In this document: positions 19,302 through 29,120 of the stretch, piece by piece
Position numbering within the stretch: the stretch's first letter is position 1
Layout: each line of letters starts with the position of its first letter
Source of the DNA: a bacterium
GTDB lineage: Bacteria; UBA8248
NCBI GenBank assembly: GCA_965219955.1
Contig: OZ244799.1
Span: forward strand, 1,440,001 to 1,504,000
DNA length: 64,000 nt
Reading direction: 5' to 3'
Notes under the pieces: model-generated
Seen by the model: the letters and a program-made list of their open reading frames with translations, nothing else
What the model was told of the DNA's origin: nothing
The model's database searches: none
Made by a program: the position numbers and the translations under genes

Positions 19302-20692
19302 TCCCCTTCCTCCATCGCCACGGCGCTCGGCGGCGAGACGCCCGCCAGAGAGTGAATGCCGCCCCTCATGATTTTCACCTCGACCACGTCTCCAGGCTCG
19401 GGCGTAAAACCCTCCGCGTATAATTGTACCCTGTGATTGCCCCGGCTGCGACCCGCAAACCAGTTCGAGTCCCGCTCATCCGCAAAATCCGGGCAGCCCG
19501 CGCATCCGGCGGGCGCGCTCTTGGGCTTCACCGCGCTCTCGACCATCACCTCCTGAACGCCGCCGACGAGTTCCGCGTGCAGGTTCTCCGTCACCTCGCG
19601 CTGCACCCGGCTGGCCTCCTCAAAGCGCTCCGTGAGCACTTCCTCGGGAAGGGTATCCTCCATGTCGAACGCGGGCGTTCCGGGCCGGGGGGAGTATTTG
19701 AACATGTAGATGTTGTCGTAGCGCGCCTCGCGCAGGACGCGGAGCGTTCCCTCGAAATCGGCATCCCGCTCGCCGGGGAAGCCGATGATGACGTCCGATG
19801 TCAGCACCCCGTCCTTCACGCGCTCCCTGAAGAGAGAAACCTTTTCGAGATATTCCTCCGCCGTATAGCCGCGCTCCATGCGCGCGAGCACCGCGTCCGC
19901 CCCCGACTGAACCGGAAGATGAAGGTGCTCGCACACTTTGGGGGATTCCCCCATCGCTTCGACCATGTCCTCGTCGCAATCCTTGGGATGCGACGTCATG
20001 AAGCGGATGCGCTCGAGGCCATCCACCTCGTTCAGGCGCCTCATCAGCCCGCCGAAGGTAAGCTCACCCGAAGATTTGCGGCCGTAGGAGTTCACATTCT
20101 GGCCCAGGAGGGTGACCTCGCGAAAGCCCTCCCCCACCGCGCGCTCGACTTCGTCCACGATGAGTTCGCTCGGCTTGCTCCACTCGGGTCCGCGCGTGTA
20201 GGGCACGACGCAGAAGGTGCAGAAATTATCGCACCCGCGCGCGATGCTCACGAAGGCGTTCAGGCCGCCGCCGCGCACCATCGGAGCGAGTTCGGTGAAA
20301 TCAGGCGGTATCGGCTCGGTATCGACCACCCGGCGCTCTTCCATCTCCTCGAGCAGCATCGGGAGCTTGGCGATGTTCTGGGTGCCGAAGACGAGGTCGA
20401 CCGCCTTGCCGCGTTTTGCTATCGCCTCCCCGTCGCGCGTGGCGAAACAGCCGCACACGCCGACTTTGAGCGCGGGGTTTGTTTTCTTGAGCTTGTCGAG
20501 ACGCCCGATCTGGCTATAAACCTTCTGCTCCGCCTTGTCGCGTATCGAGCAGGTATTCAGCAGGATGAGGTCGGCCGACTCGTTCGATTCGGTCTCCTCA
20601 TACCCTTCGGCCTCCAGATAACCGGTAATCGTCTCCGTATCGTAGCGGTTCATCTGGCAGCCGTATGTGAATATCTTGAACTTCTTGCTCAA
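19298..20692 (-). CDS. miaB: tRNA-i6A37 methylthiotransferase MiaB
   Basis: TYGCQMN, NTCSIRDKAE, CDNFCTFCVVPYTRG, TRAM domain; probable TTG start at 20692 with GAGGGGAG RBS. Confidence 0.93.
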   Translation of the reverse strand: MSKKFKIFTYGCQMNRYDTETITGYLEAEGYEETESNESADLILLNTCSIRDKAEQKVYSQIGRLDKLKKTNPALKVGVCGCFATRDGEAIAKRGKAVDLVFGTQNIAKLPMLLEEMEERRVVDTEPIPPDFTELAPMVRGGGLNAFVSIARGCDNFCTFCVVPYTRGPEWSKPSELIVDEVERAVGEGFREVTLLGQNVNSYGRKSSGELTFGGLMRRLNEVDGLERIRFMTSHPKDCDEDMVEAMGESPKVCEHLHLPVQSGADAVLARMERGYTAEEYLEKVSLFRERVKDGVLTSDVIIGFPGERDADFEGTLRVLREARYDNIYMFKYSPRPGTPAFDMEDTLPEEVLTERFEEASRVQREVTENLHAELVGGVQEVMVESAVKPKSAPAGCAGCPDFADERDSNWFAGRSRGNHRVQLYAEGFTPEPGDVVEVKIMRGGIHSLAGVSPPSAVAMEEGE

Positions 20693-20857
20693 GGTGCGCT
20701 CCCCTCGTTGCCTGTGTCCGGCGATCCTGCAATTCTTTGGGGCCATATTGCGAGGGCGCGTTTTCGATGTCAACTTGAAAGATGGAAAAGAAACATCGAA
20801 TTTGGTAAGCCTGTCGAGGGTTTGTGCTTTTTTCTTCTCTTTCACGAGAAATACGCC

Positions 20858-21418
20858 ATGCGCGTGGTTTGTTTTCATGGAAGACGCGAAATCGGCGGGG
20901 AGGCCCTCTTCCTGAGCGCTGCTCGAATCTTCGCCGGCGCGGCCAACCAGGCCGGGTTCTCCGCCCAGGTGCGAACGCCTGGGTTCCCTTCTCCCCCGGG
21001 CTCGCCCGACCGAGCCGTGGTGAAAATTTCACGCGAACAACTCTCCGACCTCGCCATCCCGGCGGAATACGATCTCGAAATCGTCTGCGACCCCCTCCTC
21101 GCCGTCGTGCCCCCGATGGGGAATGCGCTCAAACCGGGCGGCGTACTCGTCCTCAACACGCAAAGCATCATTCATGGCCGCGATATCCGCATCGCCTCGG
21201 TGGATATCGACGCCATCGCCTTGAAATACGCCGCAGCGCCCGAGGCCGCGCATCTGGGCGCGGCGCTGGCCGGCTGGGACGTACTCGCCGGAGGGATATC
21301 CACCCGAAACGCCATCGAGGCGTACCGCGAAATAAAGGGAGAGGCCATGCGGGAGACGGAAGAAAGAGCCTTCGCCGAGGCCGCCCTGGCGACGAAAAGA
21401 GCGCTTAGCGCCAAATAA
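20858..21418 (+). CDS. Divergent 2-oxoacid:acceptor oxidoreductase gamma-subunit-like protein (orphan)
   Basis: MRVVCFHGR...GSPDRAVVKIS...LKPGGVLVLNT...VDIDAIAL fits the POR-gamma pattern; this is the real C-terminal part of the 664-aa track ORF. Confidence 0.6.
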   Translation: MRVVCFHGRREIGGEALFLSAARIFAGAANQAGFSAQVRTPGFPSPPGSPDRAVVKISREQLSDLAIPAEYDLEIVCDPLLAVVPPMGNALKPGGVLVLNTQSIIHGRDIRIASVDIDAIALKYAAAPEAAHLGAALAGWDVLAGGISTRNAIEAYREIKGEAMRETEERAFAEAALATKRALSAK

Positions 21419-21437
21419 CGAGAAGACGGCCTGAGCG

Positions 21438-22073
21438 GGGGTTGTTGGAAAAGTCATCCTTGGTCGGAATTGACCACCATCGTCATTCCGGCGAAAGCCG
21501 GAATCCATTTTGACTTTATCACCGGACGGGGCGGTCACGACCTTGTTGTCGCGCGGCGTCGGGATGCGGAATCCAGAGAATTCGCCTTTCGTTTTTGGGT
21601 TCGATTCCAACCCTCCCAGTCCGGAAGTAAAGACGTTCGAACGAGGAGGCGAAAAGGCGAAAGCGAAAATGGATTCCGGCTTTCGCCGGAATGACGAACA
21701 AAGCCGAATCGCATCCGTAGGGACAGGCCTCCGTGCCTGTCCGGGGCCCCTGCGCCCGTCCTGACGCGGGACTGCAAAACCTCCAGGCGGCAGAACCAAC
21801 TCCTCCTCATCCCGAGTAGCGACCCCTCGACTTCGCTCGGGACAGGCTCCGCCGTTCCCCGACACCCCTCATCCTGAGTAGGCGCGTAAGCGCCGTATCG
21901 AAGGTCAAACGTGATTGATGAATGAGCGTTTGCTCTCGTCCTGAGCGAGCCCCTCGCCCTCCGATACAAACGCTCCTTTCTCAGTCGCGTCTGACCTTCG
22001 GCGGCTACTCAGGGTGAGGAAAGAGGCGTTGGCGGTTTGCAGGGGTCACATACGGGGCTTTTTCAACAACCCC
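21438..22073. mobile_element. Composite non-autonomous element holding several REP-like families
   Basis: Ends GGGGTTGTTGGAAAAG / CTTTTTCAACAACCCC; flanks GAGCG / GAGTG; contains a GTCATT pair (21481-21696), a GTAG REP and a CCTCATCCTGAG pair. Confidence 0.75.
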
Positions 22074-22163
22074 GAGTGGGACGCATTGTTCTTTCGCGTT
22101 GACCTCCCCCCGGCGCAAAGTGTAGTTTGAGCGCATAAACTCCCGCCCCACGGAAAAACCCGC

Positions 22164-23408
22164 ATGAAGCGACTCCCCCGCACAGGCGCGCCCTGCCTCC
22201 TGCTCGTCGCGTTCCTCGTTTCCGGGTGTTCTTCTATTCACGAGAATTTTCTCGTGCGCCTCCTCGCGCCGAAACCCTTCGAAATCGGCCTTTGGGTGCA
22301 GGCGGAGGGCGTGAACAGAACCCTGGACAGCGCCGGGAAAATCAAGGCGCTGGTAAGGCGCGCGCGCTCCGCGGGCGTTACGGACATCTACGCGCAGGTC
22401 TACCGCTCGGGCCGCGCGTGGTTCCCAACGAAGCTGGCGGATGACTCTCCCGCGAAACGCGCCGGGCGAGAGCCGCTGGCCCTGCTGCTCGATCTGGCCT
22501 CCCGTGGCGAGGAATCCGAGCGCCCCATCAGGGTTCATGCGTGGATAAACGCATTCGCCCTTGCGAGAAACAAGAAAGCGCCCATCATCCAGGAACTCGG
22601 GAGAGAAGCCGTTCTCAAGGATCAATACGGGCGCTCGCTGCTCGAATATCCCCTTTCGGGAAAGCCCGCATGGGCGAAAGGCTTCGGCCTCGGAACGCCC
22701 GGCATCTTTCTCGATCCGGGCAATCCGGCGGTGCGCAAGCGCATCATCGACGTCGCGGCGGATTTGGTGAAAAAATATCCACGCCTTGCGGGCATCCACC
22801 TCGATTTCATCCGCTACCCCTACGCGCTTCCCATATCGCCGGGTTCCAGCTTCTCTTCGCGTCTTGATTTCGGCTACAACGAGGCCTCGGTCGCCCGCTT
22901 CGCGCAAGAAACCCGGAAAACCGCGCCGCGCGCAGGCGCGAGCGTAAAGCGCGCCGACGCGGCGGCCTGGGATAAGTGGCGCCGCGCGCAAGTCACGGCG
23001 GCGGTTCGCGGCGTTTATGAAACAACCGTAGGTTTAAGGGGGCAAGTGATTGTTTCCGCTGCAGTTCTTCCCTGGGCGGAGCGGGCCTATCTCTCCGCGT
23101 TTCAGGACTGGCGCGGCTGGCTGAAAGGCGGGTTTCTCGATAAGGCAGTCGTGATGAATTATACGAGAGACATTCATCTGGCCGCTCAGATCAGCCGAAG
23201 CGCACTCGCCGCCAGGAGGGTGAAAACCCCGAACCCACGCGCGCCCAAGGTCGTCATCGGCCTGGGCGCATACCTGTTCACCAAAAATCCGGCGGGCGTG
23301 TGGCGCGAATGGCGTGCCGCCCGAACGGCCGGCGCCGATGGCGTCGCCCTTTTCTCCTATGATCAGATGGTCGGGAACGATGCGATGTGGAAATTCCCCG
23401 TCCGGTGA
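22164..23408 (+). CDS. GHL10 (DUF187/YddW-like) glycoside hydrolase lipoprotein
   Basis: Lipobox LVSGC; QVYRSGRAW, VHAWIN, FLDPGNPAVR, GIHLDFIRYP, QDWRGWL. Confidence 0.82.
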   Translation: MKRLPRTGAPCLLLVAFLVSGCSSIHENFLVRLLAPKPFEIGLWVQAEGVNRTLDSAGKIKALVRRARSAGVTDIYAQVYRSGRAWFPTKLADDSPAKRAGREPLALLLDLASRGEESERPIRVHAWINAFALARNKKAPIIQELGREAVLKDQYGRSLLEYPLSGKPAWAKGFGLGTPGIFLDPGNPAVRKRIIDVAADLVKKYPRLAGIHLDFIRYPYALPISPGSSFSSRLDFGYNEASVARFAQETRKTAPRAGASVKRADAAAWDKWRRAQVTAAVRGVYETTVGLRGQVIVSAAVLPWAERAYLSAFQDWRGWLKGGFLDKAVVMNYTRDIHLAAQISRSALAARRVKTPNPRAPKVVIGLGAYLFTKNPAGVWREWRAARTAGADGVALFSYDQMVGNDAMWKFPVR

Positions 23409-23445
23409 TTTCAGCGCGATCCCTTGACAGACAAGCGTTTTGCGC

Positions 23446-23474
23446 TTGCAAGCAATGGCGTAGATGGCTATAAT
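23446..23474 (+). promoter_or_regulatory. Sigma70 promoter of hup
   Basis: TTGCAA, 17 nt, TATAAT. Confidence 0.7.
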
Positions 23475-23629
23475 CCGCTCGTCGTTACAGAATCACCCGC
23501 CCCGTATTTTACCTCCGCCTAAAACATTTTTGGATTTCTGTTGCTGGAGGTTGTTGCAGCAAACAGAGCAGGCGTGAGCGCGCACGCACCGCCCGCGCGC
23601 CGCTCAGGGCGAAAGAGGAGAAGAAGAAA

Positions 23630-23902
23630 ATGAACAAAGGTGAACTCGCAGAAGCCATCGCCGCGCAGGCGAACCTGAGCAAGTCGAGCGCCCAGGGCGT
23701 AGTCGACGCATTCGTGGGCGCCGTAACCTCGGCGCTCAAGAGCGGAGACAAAGTGACGCTCACGGGCTTCGGCACCTTCAGCGTCTCCCAGCGGGCGGCT
23801 CGCAAGGCGCGCAACCCGAGGACGGGCGAGGAGATTCAAGTGGCCGCGGCCACCGTGCCGAAGTTCAAGGCGGGAGCAGGCCTGAAGGCCTCAGTGAACT
23901 AG
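23630..23902 (+). CDS. hup: Nucleoid protein HU
   Basis: [11 protein letters not shown]...GFGTFSV...RNPRTGEEI...PKFKAG. Confidence 0.96.
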   Translation: MNKGELAEAIAAQANLSKSSAQGVVDAFVGAVTSALKSGDKVTLTGFGTFSVSQRAARKARNPRTGEEIQVAAATVPKFKAGAGLKASVN

Positions 23903-24143
23903 AACTCGTACTCAACAGCCGGAAAAACAGGCCCGGCGCGAAATGAACTTCAAAAACTGGAGGGTGATTTTGCGCCGAAATACCGGAGAAGGAACCGGAA
24001 GTCCGGAATGAGTGGATGATTTTGTCCGAAAACCGGCGCAAGAATCAGCTTTTGCGTGCCAGACGGAGTAAAACGAGGGCTTTCGGGCGCGGGCGAAAAC
24101 GAAACCCTTGAACATTCGATTCAATTCGTGGCGGGAGACCGGA

Positions 24144-24953
24144 TCAAGAGGTCGCGCCTTCTATAGCGACCTCTCCTCCCCAAGCCTCCCAGTTGGAGAG
24201 CGTGTCCACCGAATCGTCGATGAATTCCATATAATCGCCCGTCATCCGCGCTCCCTCTTCGATGAGGCGGCATGTCCTCTCGGTGTTCTCCTCATTGAAG
24301 GGCAGTCTGAGCTTCCTCAAGACGATTTTCGTTCGTCCATTCACGAAGAGATGCTCAACGTCGTGCCAATCGCCATAAAACTTCCGAGGCGCGCCACGCG
24401 CCCGCGCGACTTTTTCCGGCGCACAGCCGTATAAAGCGCCGAGACCCTCGGCGTATTCTCGTTTCAGCGCGTCGTTCATCGCGTCCTGGGCGTCCCGGAG
24501 TTGCTCTCCCACCGTGTTGTCGTCGATATGAATGGCGTAATCCACTGCAATCTCCACCAGCACGTGCGCGAGATAGTGGAGGCTCGCCTCATCGGGCATC
24601 ACGCCCACTTCTTTCGTGAATTCACGCATCAGGGGGATGAGCTCGACCCCTTTCAGATAGGTGTAGCCCTGCTTTTGGGAGGGCGTTTGCCCGCTCGCCG
24701 TCTTGGCGATGCTCCCGTAGTGGCAGAGGTTGTCGACCACCAGGTGGCATTTCACCCACAAAAGTTTCGGGAATCGCTCCAACACGCCCGCCGGCGGCGC
24801 GAAGCGGTGGGTTTCCCTGGGATTGAACTCCCCGGACAGCGGCAGGGAATCGGGCGCCACGTTGTAGACGTAGGCGTCGTCCCCTGGATGGGACATCTCG
24901 GGATGACGCTCCAGCAGTTCCCGCAAAACCAGCGTGTGGCAGTTGGTGAGCAA
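24144..24953 (-). CDS. Hypothetical helical metallohydrolase (possibly Zn phospholipase C-like)
   Basis: N-terminal H, APD, HLVVD...H and HVLVEIAVD metal-ligand pattern; co-oriented after the MBL gene. Confidence 0.5.
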   Translation of the reverse strand: MLTNCHTLVLRELLERHPEMSHPGDDAYVYNVAPDSLPLSGEFNPRETHRFAPPAGVLERFPKLLWVKCHLVVDNLCHYGSIAKTASGQTPSQKQGYTYLKGVELIPLMREFTKEVGVMPDEASLHYLAHVLVEIAVDYAIHIDDNTVGEQLRDAQDAMNDALKREYAEGLGALYGCAPEKVARARGAPRKFYGDWHDVEHLFVNGRTKIVLRKLRLPFNEENTERTCRLIEEGARMTGDYMEFIDDSVDTLSNWEAWGGEVAIEGATS

Positions 24954-24966
24954 AAGTCCCTTCTCC

Positions 24967-25791
24967 CTAAAGCGGCTCCGTCAGTGAATAGCGCCCATCG
25001 GCGCAAGCGACTTTTCCGGATTGCACGAACCGCTCCAGATGCAGTTCTATCACGCAGGCGCCCAGCGCTCTCTGGCGCTCCGGCAAATCCTGATATATGA
25101 GGTCGGCTATCTTGACGGGCGAATCGTGTCCTGCCTCCAGCGCTTCCAGATACTGCGCGTCGCGCATCTTGCGGTGTTCGATAAGCTCGTCGATCCTGGC
25201 AATCGGATCCTGGATCACCGGCCCGTGGCCCGGGTAGATGAGGCGAGGCGCGAGCTTTTTCACTCTCTCCAGCGATTCGAGGTAATCACCCAGGTTTCCC
25301 TTGGGCGCGGTCACCGCCGTCGTCGAGGGAAGAAGAACGTTGTCGCCCCCCAGAAGGATCCTCTCCTCCTCCCACCAGAACGAAAGATGGCCGGGAGAAT
25401 GGCCCGGCGTGAGGATGGCCTCCAAGCGCATTTCTCCCAACTCGACGAATTCTCCTTCCCTGATCGGAGAAACCGGCAGGCCCGGCTGTTCCTCTTCGAG
25501 CAACCGCATCTCCAGGGGATGGGCGTAAGCCGTGACGCCGAACCTGTCGCAGACCGCCCTGGCGCCGCCCGAGTGGTCGAAGTGGTGGTGGGTCAGAACA
25601 AGTTTTTCCAACTCACCTCCGGCGCGCGCTTCCACACATGAGAGCACCTCGGGAATGCACTCGCGGTAGCCCGCGTCGAAGAGAATGAAAGGCCCGTCGC
25701 CGATGAGGATCACCTCAACGTGTTCCATGAACGACCCCTGGGGCGCTACCAGCCTGTGGCTCTGAATAAGATGTGATGCGGTCGATTTCAC
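24967..25791 (-). CDS. Metallo-beta-lactamase-fold hydrolase with C-terminal winged helix (LACTB2-like)
   Basis: THHHFDHSGG, TPGHSPGH, GD, PGHGP; start estimated at GTG 25791. Confidence 0.85.
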   Translation of the reverse strand: MKSTASHLIQSHRLVAPQGSFMEHVEVILIGDGPFILFDAGYRECIPEVLSCVEARAGGELEKLVLTHHHFDHSGGARAVCDRFGVTAYAHPLEMRLLEEEQPGLPVSPIREGEFVELGEMRLEAILTPGHSPGHLSFWWEEERILLGGDNVLLPSTTAVTAPKGNLGDYLESLERVKKLAPRLIYPGHGPVIQDPIARIDELIEHRKMRDAQYLEALEAGHDSPVKIADLIYQDLPERQRALGACVIELHLERFVQSGKVACADGRYSLTEPL

Positions 25792-25978
25792 GTTCAAAAA
25801 ATCCTCTCTCGAAATCCCAACCTGCGATGGAAAACCATACGGGGACGCGGCTCGATGAAGCGCCGAAATTCTCTTGCCCGCGCCAACTGCGAGTAAGGCG
25901 CTTCCCTTTCTTCGCCTCTTGACCAAGGTGTGCGAATAATCGGCACGAATTATCGCCTGCCGGAAAAAAAAACGGCAT

Positions 25979-26006
25979 TTGACAGACACCGTGAATCTGT
26001 TATGTT
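25979..26006 (+). promoter_or_regulatory. Sigma70 promoter of the ABC operon
   Basis: TTGACA, 16 nt, TATGTT with extended -10 TG. Confidence 0.55.
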
Positions 26007-26164
26007 CCCTACCACAAAAATTCGCAGACAGTAAACAAATCAACCTATTATTACGTCGTTTTCTTTACTATCTGCGAGTTATTCTGGTGAGTGCAAAATA
26101 AGCGAATCTTTTCAATTAACCGGGGGCTTGGCCCTCTCTCTATTCCTGCATGAGGAGATTTCCG

Positions 26165-27271
26165 ATGAAATCCCGTATCCATTACTTCGTTGCCGCCGTC
26201 GCGGCGGTGGCTGTCTTCGCATCGGGCGCGCTCGTATCCGAAGCGATGATGAAAAACCAGAAAGATCTCGTGCGCGCGGCGAAAAAAGAGGGCGCCGTCA
26301 CGATCATCAACCCCCTGTTCAGCGACCGCACCGCCAAGCGCATGGGCCCGGCTTTCGTCAAGCACTACGGCCTCGGCAGCGGCTTCAAATTCCGCAACCT
26401 GCGCAAAGGCACCGGCGCCACCGTCTCCCAGGTTCGCCAGGAGATGCGGGCCAAGAAGTTCACCGTCGACGTACACGTGGTGAGCGCGCCCGGCTTCTTC
26501 GCCGCGGCCCAGAAACGCGGCGCGTACCACAAGCTCGACAGCGCCGAGTGGAACAAGCACTTCGCGGCGGTGATCAAGAAAGCCGGCCAGTACGCGAACT
26601 ACCCCTACGTCGTGACGCCTCTGGCCTATACCTTCCAGCCGGTGTGGAACACCGCCTGTAAGGGCATGAAAGATCTCAGTGTAACGCAGTATTCCGACAC
26701 CATCTCCAAAAAAGTGATGGGCCAGACCATCGCCGGCGACATCACCAAGAGCTTCACCTACACCAACACCGTCATCTCGCTCATCGAGAACGGCATGGAC
26801 ATGAACAAGTATTGGGACGCCCTGAAGGCCACGAAGCCCGTCGTCATGTTCCGCACTGAGCCGAAGATGCAGGTGCTCATCAACTGCGAGCGCGGCCTCG
26901 ACCCCTGGAACCTCTCGGGCCGTGTGTATCAGAACGTCCTCAAGAAGCCCGAACTCGCCAAAGTCCTCAGGATTGGCTACTACAAAGAAGGCCAGGTCAT
27001 GCTGGGCAACCAGGCGGCTGTCCTGAACGGCGCGCCGAACCCCAACGCCGGCAAACTGCTTGTTGAATTCCTCCTTACCAAGGCAGGCACCGACGTATAC
27101 GTGGAAGGCGAAGCCATTTACAGCTTCCGCGCAGGCTACAAGCCGCCCAAGGTCGTGCAACCCTACCTCCTCGACCTGAGCAAGCACAAGCTTCTGGGTC
27201 TCAAGGACTGGGTGGCGGCACAGAAGAAGTTCAAGGCGACGCGCGCCGAATTCATCAAGCGCTTCAAGTAG
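26165..27271 (+). CDS. ABC transporter substrate-binding protein (Fe3+/polyamine-like class), copy 1
   Basis: Signal peptide, AAKKEGAVTI, APNPNAGKLLVEFLLT; GAGGAG RBS. Confidence 0.88.
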   Translation: MKSRIHYFVAAVAAVAVFASGALVSEAMMKNQKDLVRAAKKEGAVTIINPLFSDRTAKRMGPAFVKHYGLGSGFKFRNLRKGTGATVSQVRQEMRAKKFTVDVHVVSAPGFFAAAQKRGAYHKLDSAEWNKHFAAVIKKAGQYANYPYVVTPLAYTFQPVWNTACKGMKDLSVTQYSDTISKKVMGQTIAGDITKSFTYTNTVISLIENGMDMNKYWDALKATKPVVMFRTEPKMQVLINCERGLDPWNLSGRVYQNVLKKPELAKVLRIGYYKEGQVMLGNQAAVLNGAPNPNAGKLLVEFLLTKAGTDVYVEGEAIYSFRAGYKPPKVVQPYLLDLSKHKLLGLKDWVAAQKKFKATRAEFIKRFK

Positions 27272-27298
27272 GACGCTTTATCGGTCATCGATCGGAAT

Positions 27299-27327
27299 GG
27301 GTGGGAGCCCCTTGTGGGCTCCCACCC
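27299..27327. repeat. Hairpin after the SBP gene (homologous hairpin near 28831-28860)
   Basis: GGGTGGGAGCCC-cttgt-GGGCTCCCACCC. Confidence 0.65.
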
Positions 27328-27590
27328 TTCTGACTTGAAATGAGAAAATCCGCGACGCGCCATGCTGCGAGGGATCGGCCGGGGTCGCCCCTCTGGCGCT
27401 ATCGAGGCGGAGCTTGCGCGACGTAGCGCGCGGTTAGCGTTTTTACAAATACCGAACTTCCCCGCGAATCTAAGCAATGATTCGCGGGCGTGTTGCTTTT
27501 GGAAACGGCGTTCTTTATAGTCGATTGTTCATATTCCTGAAAAGACTTGCGTTCCCAGGATTCGCAGGAAAGATTGCATCGACAAGATTT

Positions 27591-27635
27591 ATGGCCAGAG
27601 ACACCAGAGCACCGCAAATCGATGTAGTTCTTCCG
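27591..27635 (+). pseudogene. Decayed 5' fragment of the downstream permease gene
   Basis: MARDTRAPQIDVVLP versus permease start MATDTAVPQIDVAPP, preceded by homologous intergenic DNA. Confidence 0.8.
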
Positions 27636-27697
27636 AATGGAAATTTTTTAAACCGGGGGCTGGCCCCCATACTGTTCATGTATTGAGGAGATTCTCG

Positions 27698-28804
27698 ATG
27701 AAACCCCGTATCCATTACTTCGTTGCCGCCGTCGCGGCGGTGGCTGTCTTCGCATCGGGCGCGCTCGTATCCGAAGCGATGATGAAAAACCAGAAAGATC
27801 TCGTGCGCGCGGCGAAAAAAGAGGGCGCCGTCACGATCATCAACCCCCTGTTCAGCGACCGCACCGCCAAGCGCATGGGCCCGGCTTTCGTCAAGCACTA
27901 CGGCCTCGGCAGCGGCTTCAAATTCCGTAACCTGCGCAAAGGCACCGGCGCCACCGTCTCCCAGGTTCGCCAGGAGATGCGGGCCAAGAAGTTCACCGTC
28001 GACGTACACGTGGTGAGCGCGCCCGGCTTCTTCGCCGCGGCCCAGAAACGCGGCGCGTACCACAAGCTCGACAGCGCCGAGTGGAACAAGCACTTCGCGG
28101 CGGTGATCAAGAAAGCCGGCCAGTACGCGAACTACCCCTACGTCGTGACGCCTCTGGCCTATACCTTCCAGCCGGTATGGAACAGCGCCTGCAAGGGCAT
28201 GGAAAAAATCAACGTGACGTCCTATGCCGACACCATCGCGAAGAACGTGATGGGCCAGACCATCGCCGGCGACATCACCAAGAGCTTCACCTACACCAAC
28301 ACCGTCATCTCGCTCATCGAGAACGGCATGGACATGAACAAGTACTGGGACGCCCTGAAAGCCACGAAGCCCGTCGTCATGTTCCGCACGGAGCCGAAGA
28401 TGCAGGCGCTCATTAACTGCGAGCGCGGCCTCGACCCCTGGAACATTACCGGCCGCGTATGGCAGAACGTCCTCAAGAAGCCCAGCCTCGCGAAAATCAT
28501 CAAGACCGGCTATTACAAAGAAGGCCAGGTCATGCTGGGCAACCAGGCGGCTGTCCTGAACGGCGCGCCGAACCCCAGCGCCGGCAAACTGCTGGTGGAA
28601 TTCCTGCTTACCAAGGCAGGCACCGACGTATACGTGGAAGGCGAGGCCGTCTACAGCTTCCGCGCCGGCTACCAGCCTCCCGCGGCCGTGCGTCCCTACC
28701 TTCTCGACTTGAGCAAGCATAAGCTGCTGGGTCTCAAGGACTGGGTGGGCGCGCAGAAGAAATTCAAGGCGACGCGCGCCGAATTCATCAAGCGCTTCAA
28801 GTAG
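27698..28804 (+). CDS. ABC transporter substrate-binding protein, copy 2 (tandem paralog)
   Basis: Same length as copy 1, offset 1533 bp, mostly identical. Confidence 0.88.
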   Translation: MKPRIHYFVAAVAAVAVFASGALVSEAMMKNQKDLVRAAKKEGAVTIINPLFSDRTAKRMGPAFVKHYGLGSGFKFRNLRKGTGATVSQVRQEMRAKKFTVDVHVVSAPGFFAAAQKRGAYHKLDSAEWNKHFAAVIKKAGQYANYPYVVTPLAYTFQPVWNSACKGMEKINVTSYADTIAKNVMGQTIAGDITKSFTYTNTVISLIENGMDMNKYWDALKATKPVVMFRTEPKMQALINCERGLDPWNITGRVWQNVLKKPSLAKIIKTGYYKEGQVMLGNQAAVLNGAPNPSAGKLLVEFLLTKAGTDVYVEGEAVYSFRAGYQPPAAVRPYLLDLSKHKLLGLKDWVGAQKKFKATRAEFIKRFK

Positions 28805-29120
28805 GACGCTTCATCGATTGTTACCCGGAACGGGTGGGAGTCCACAACGGGCTCCCGCCCTACCGGTTTCTGTAATGAAGCGATGCAATTCGCAGCGCGC
28901 CATGCCGCGAGGGTTCAGCCGAGGTCGCCGCTCAGAAGCAGCGCGGCGGAGCCTTCGCGATGTAGCGCGCACCGAGCGTTTTTTACAAATAGAATACCCC
29001 CCGCGAATTGGAGCGACGGTTCGCGGGGTGTGTTGCTTTTAATAACGGCGTTTTTTATATTCATTGCCTCGTATTCCCGGACAAACTTGCGTTCGCAGGA
29101 AAGGTTGTATCGACTAGACT

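Noticed and set aside
19424-20857. N-terminal part of the 664-aa plus-strand ORF
   Set aside because: Antisense shadow of miaB; only the part from ATG 20858 looks like a protein.
21438-22073. CRISPR array or integron attC cassettes
   Set aside because: No regularly spaced direct repeats with unique spacers, no cas or integrase genes; the repeats are inverted pairs of several families.
23960-24050. Imperfect inverted/direct repeats after hup (TGATTTTGCGCCG...CGGCGCAAGAATCA)
   Set aside because: Single short instance between convergent genes; most simply a terminator-like structure.
26165-28804. Diversity-generating retroelement (template/variable repeat) explanation for the SBP pair
   Set aside because: No reverse transcriptase in the window, both copies are full genes, and the differences are not confined to adenines.
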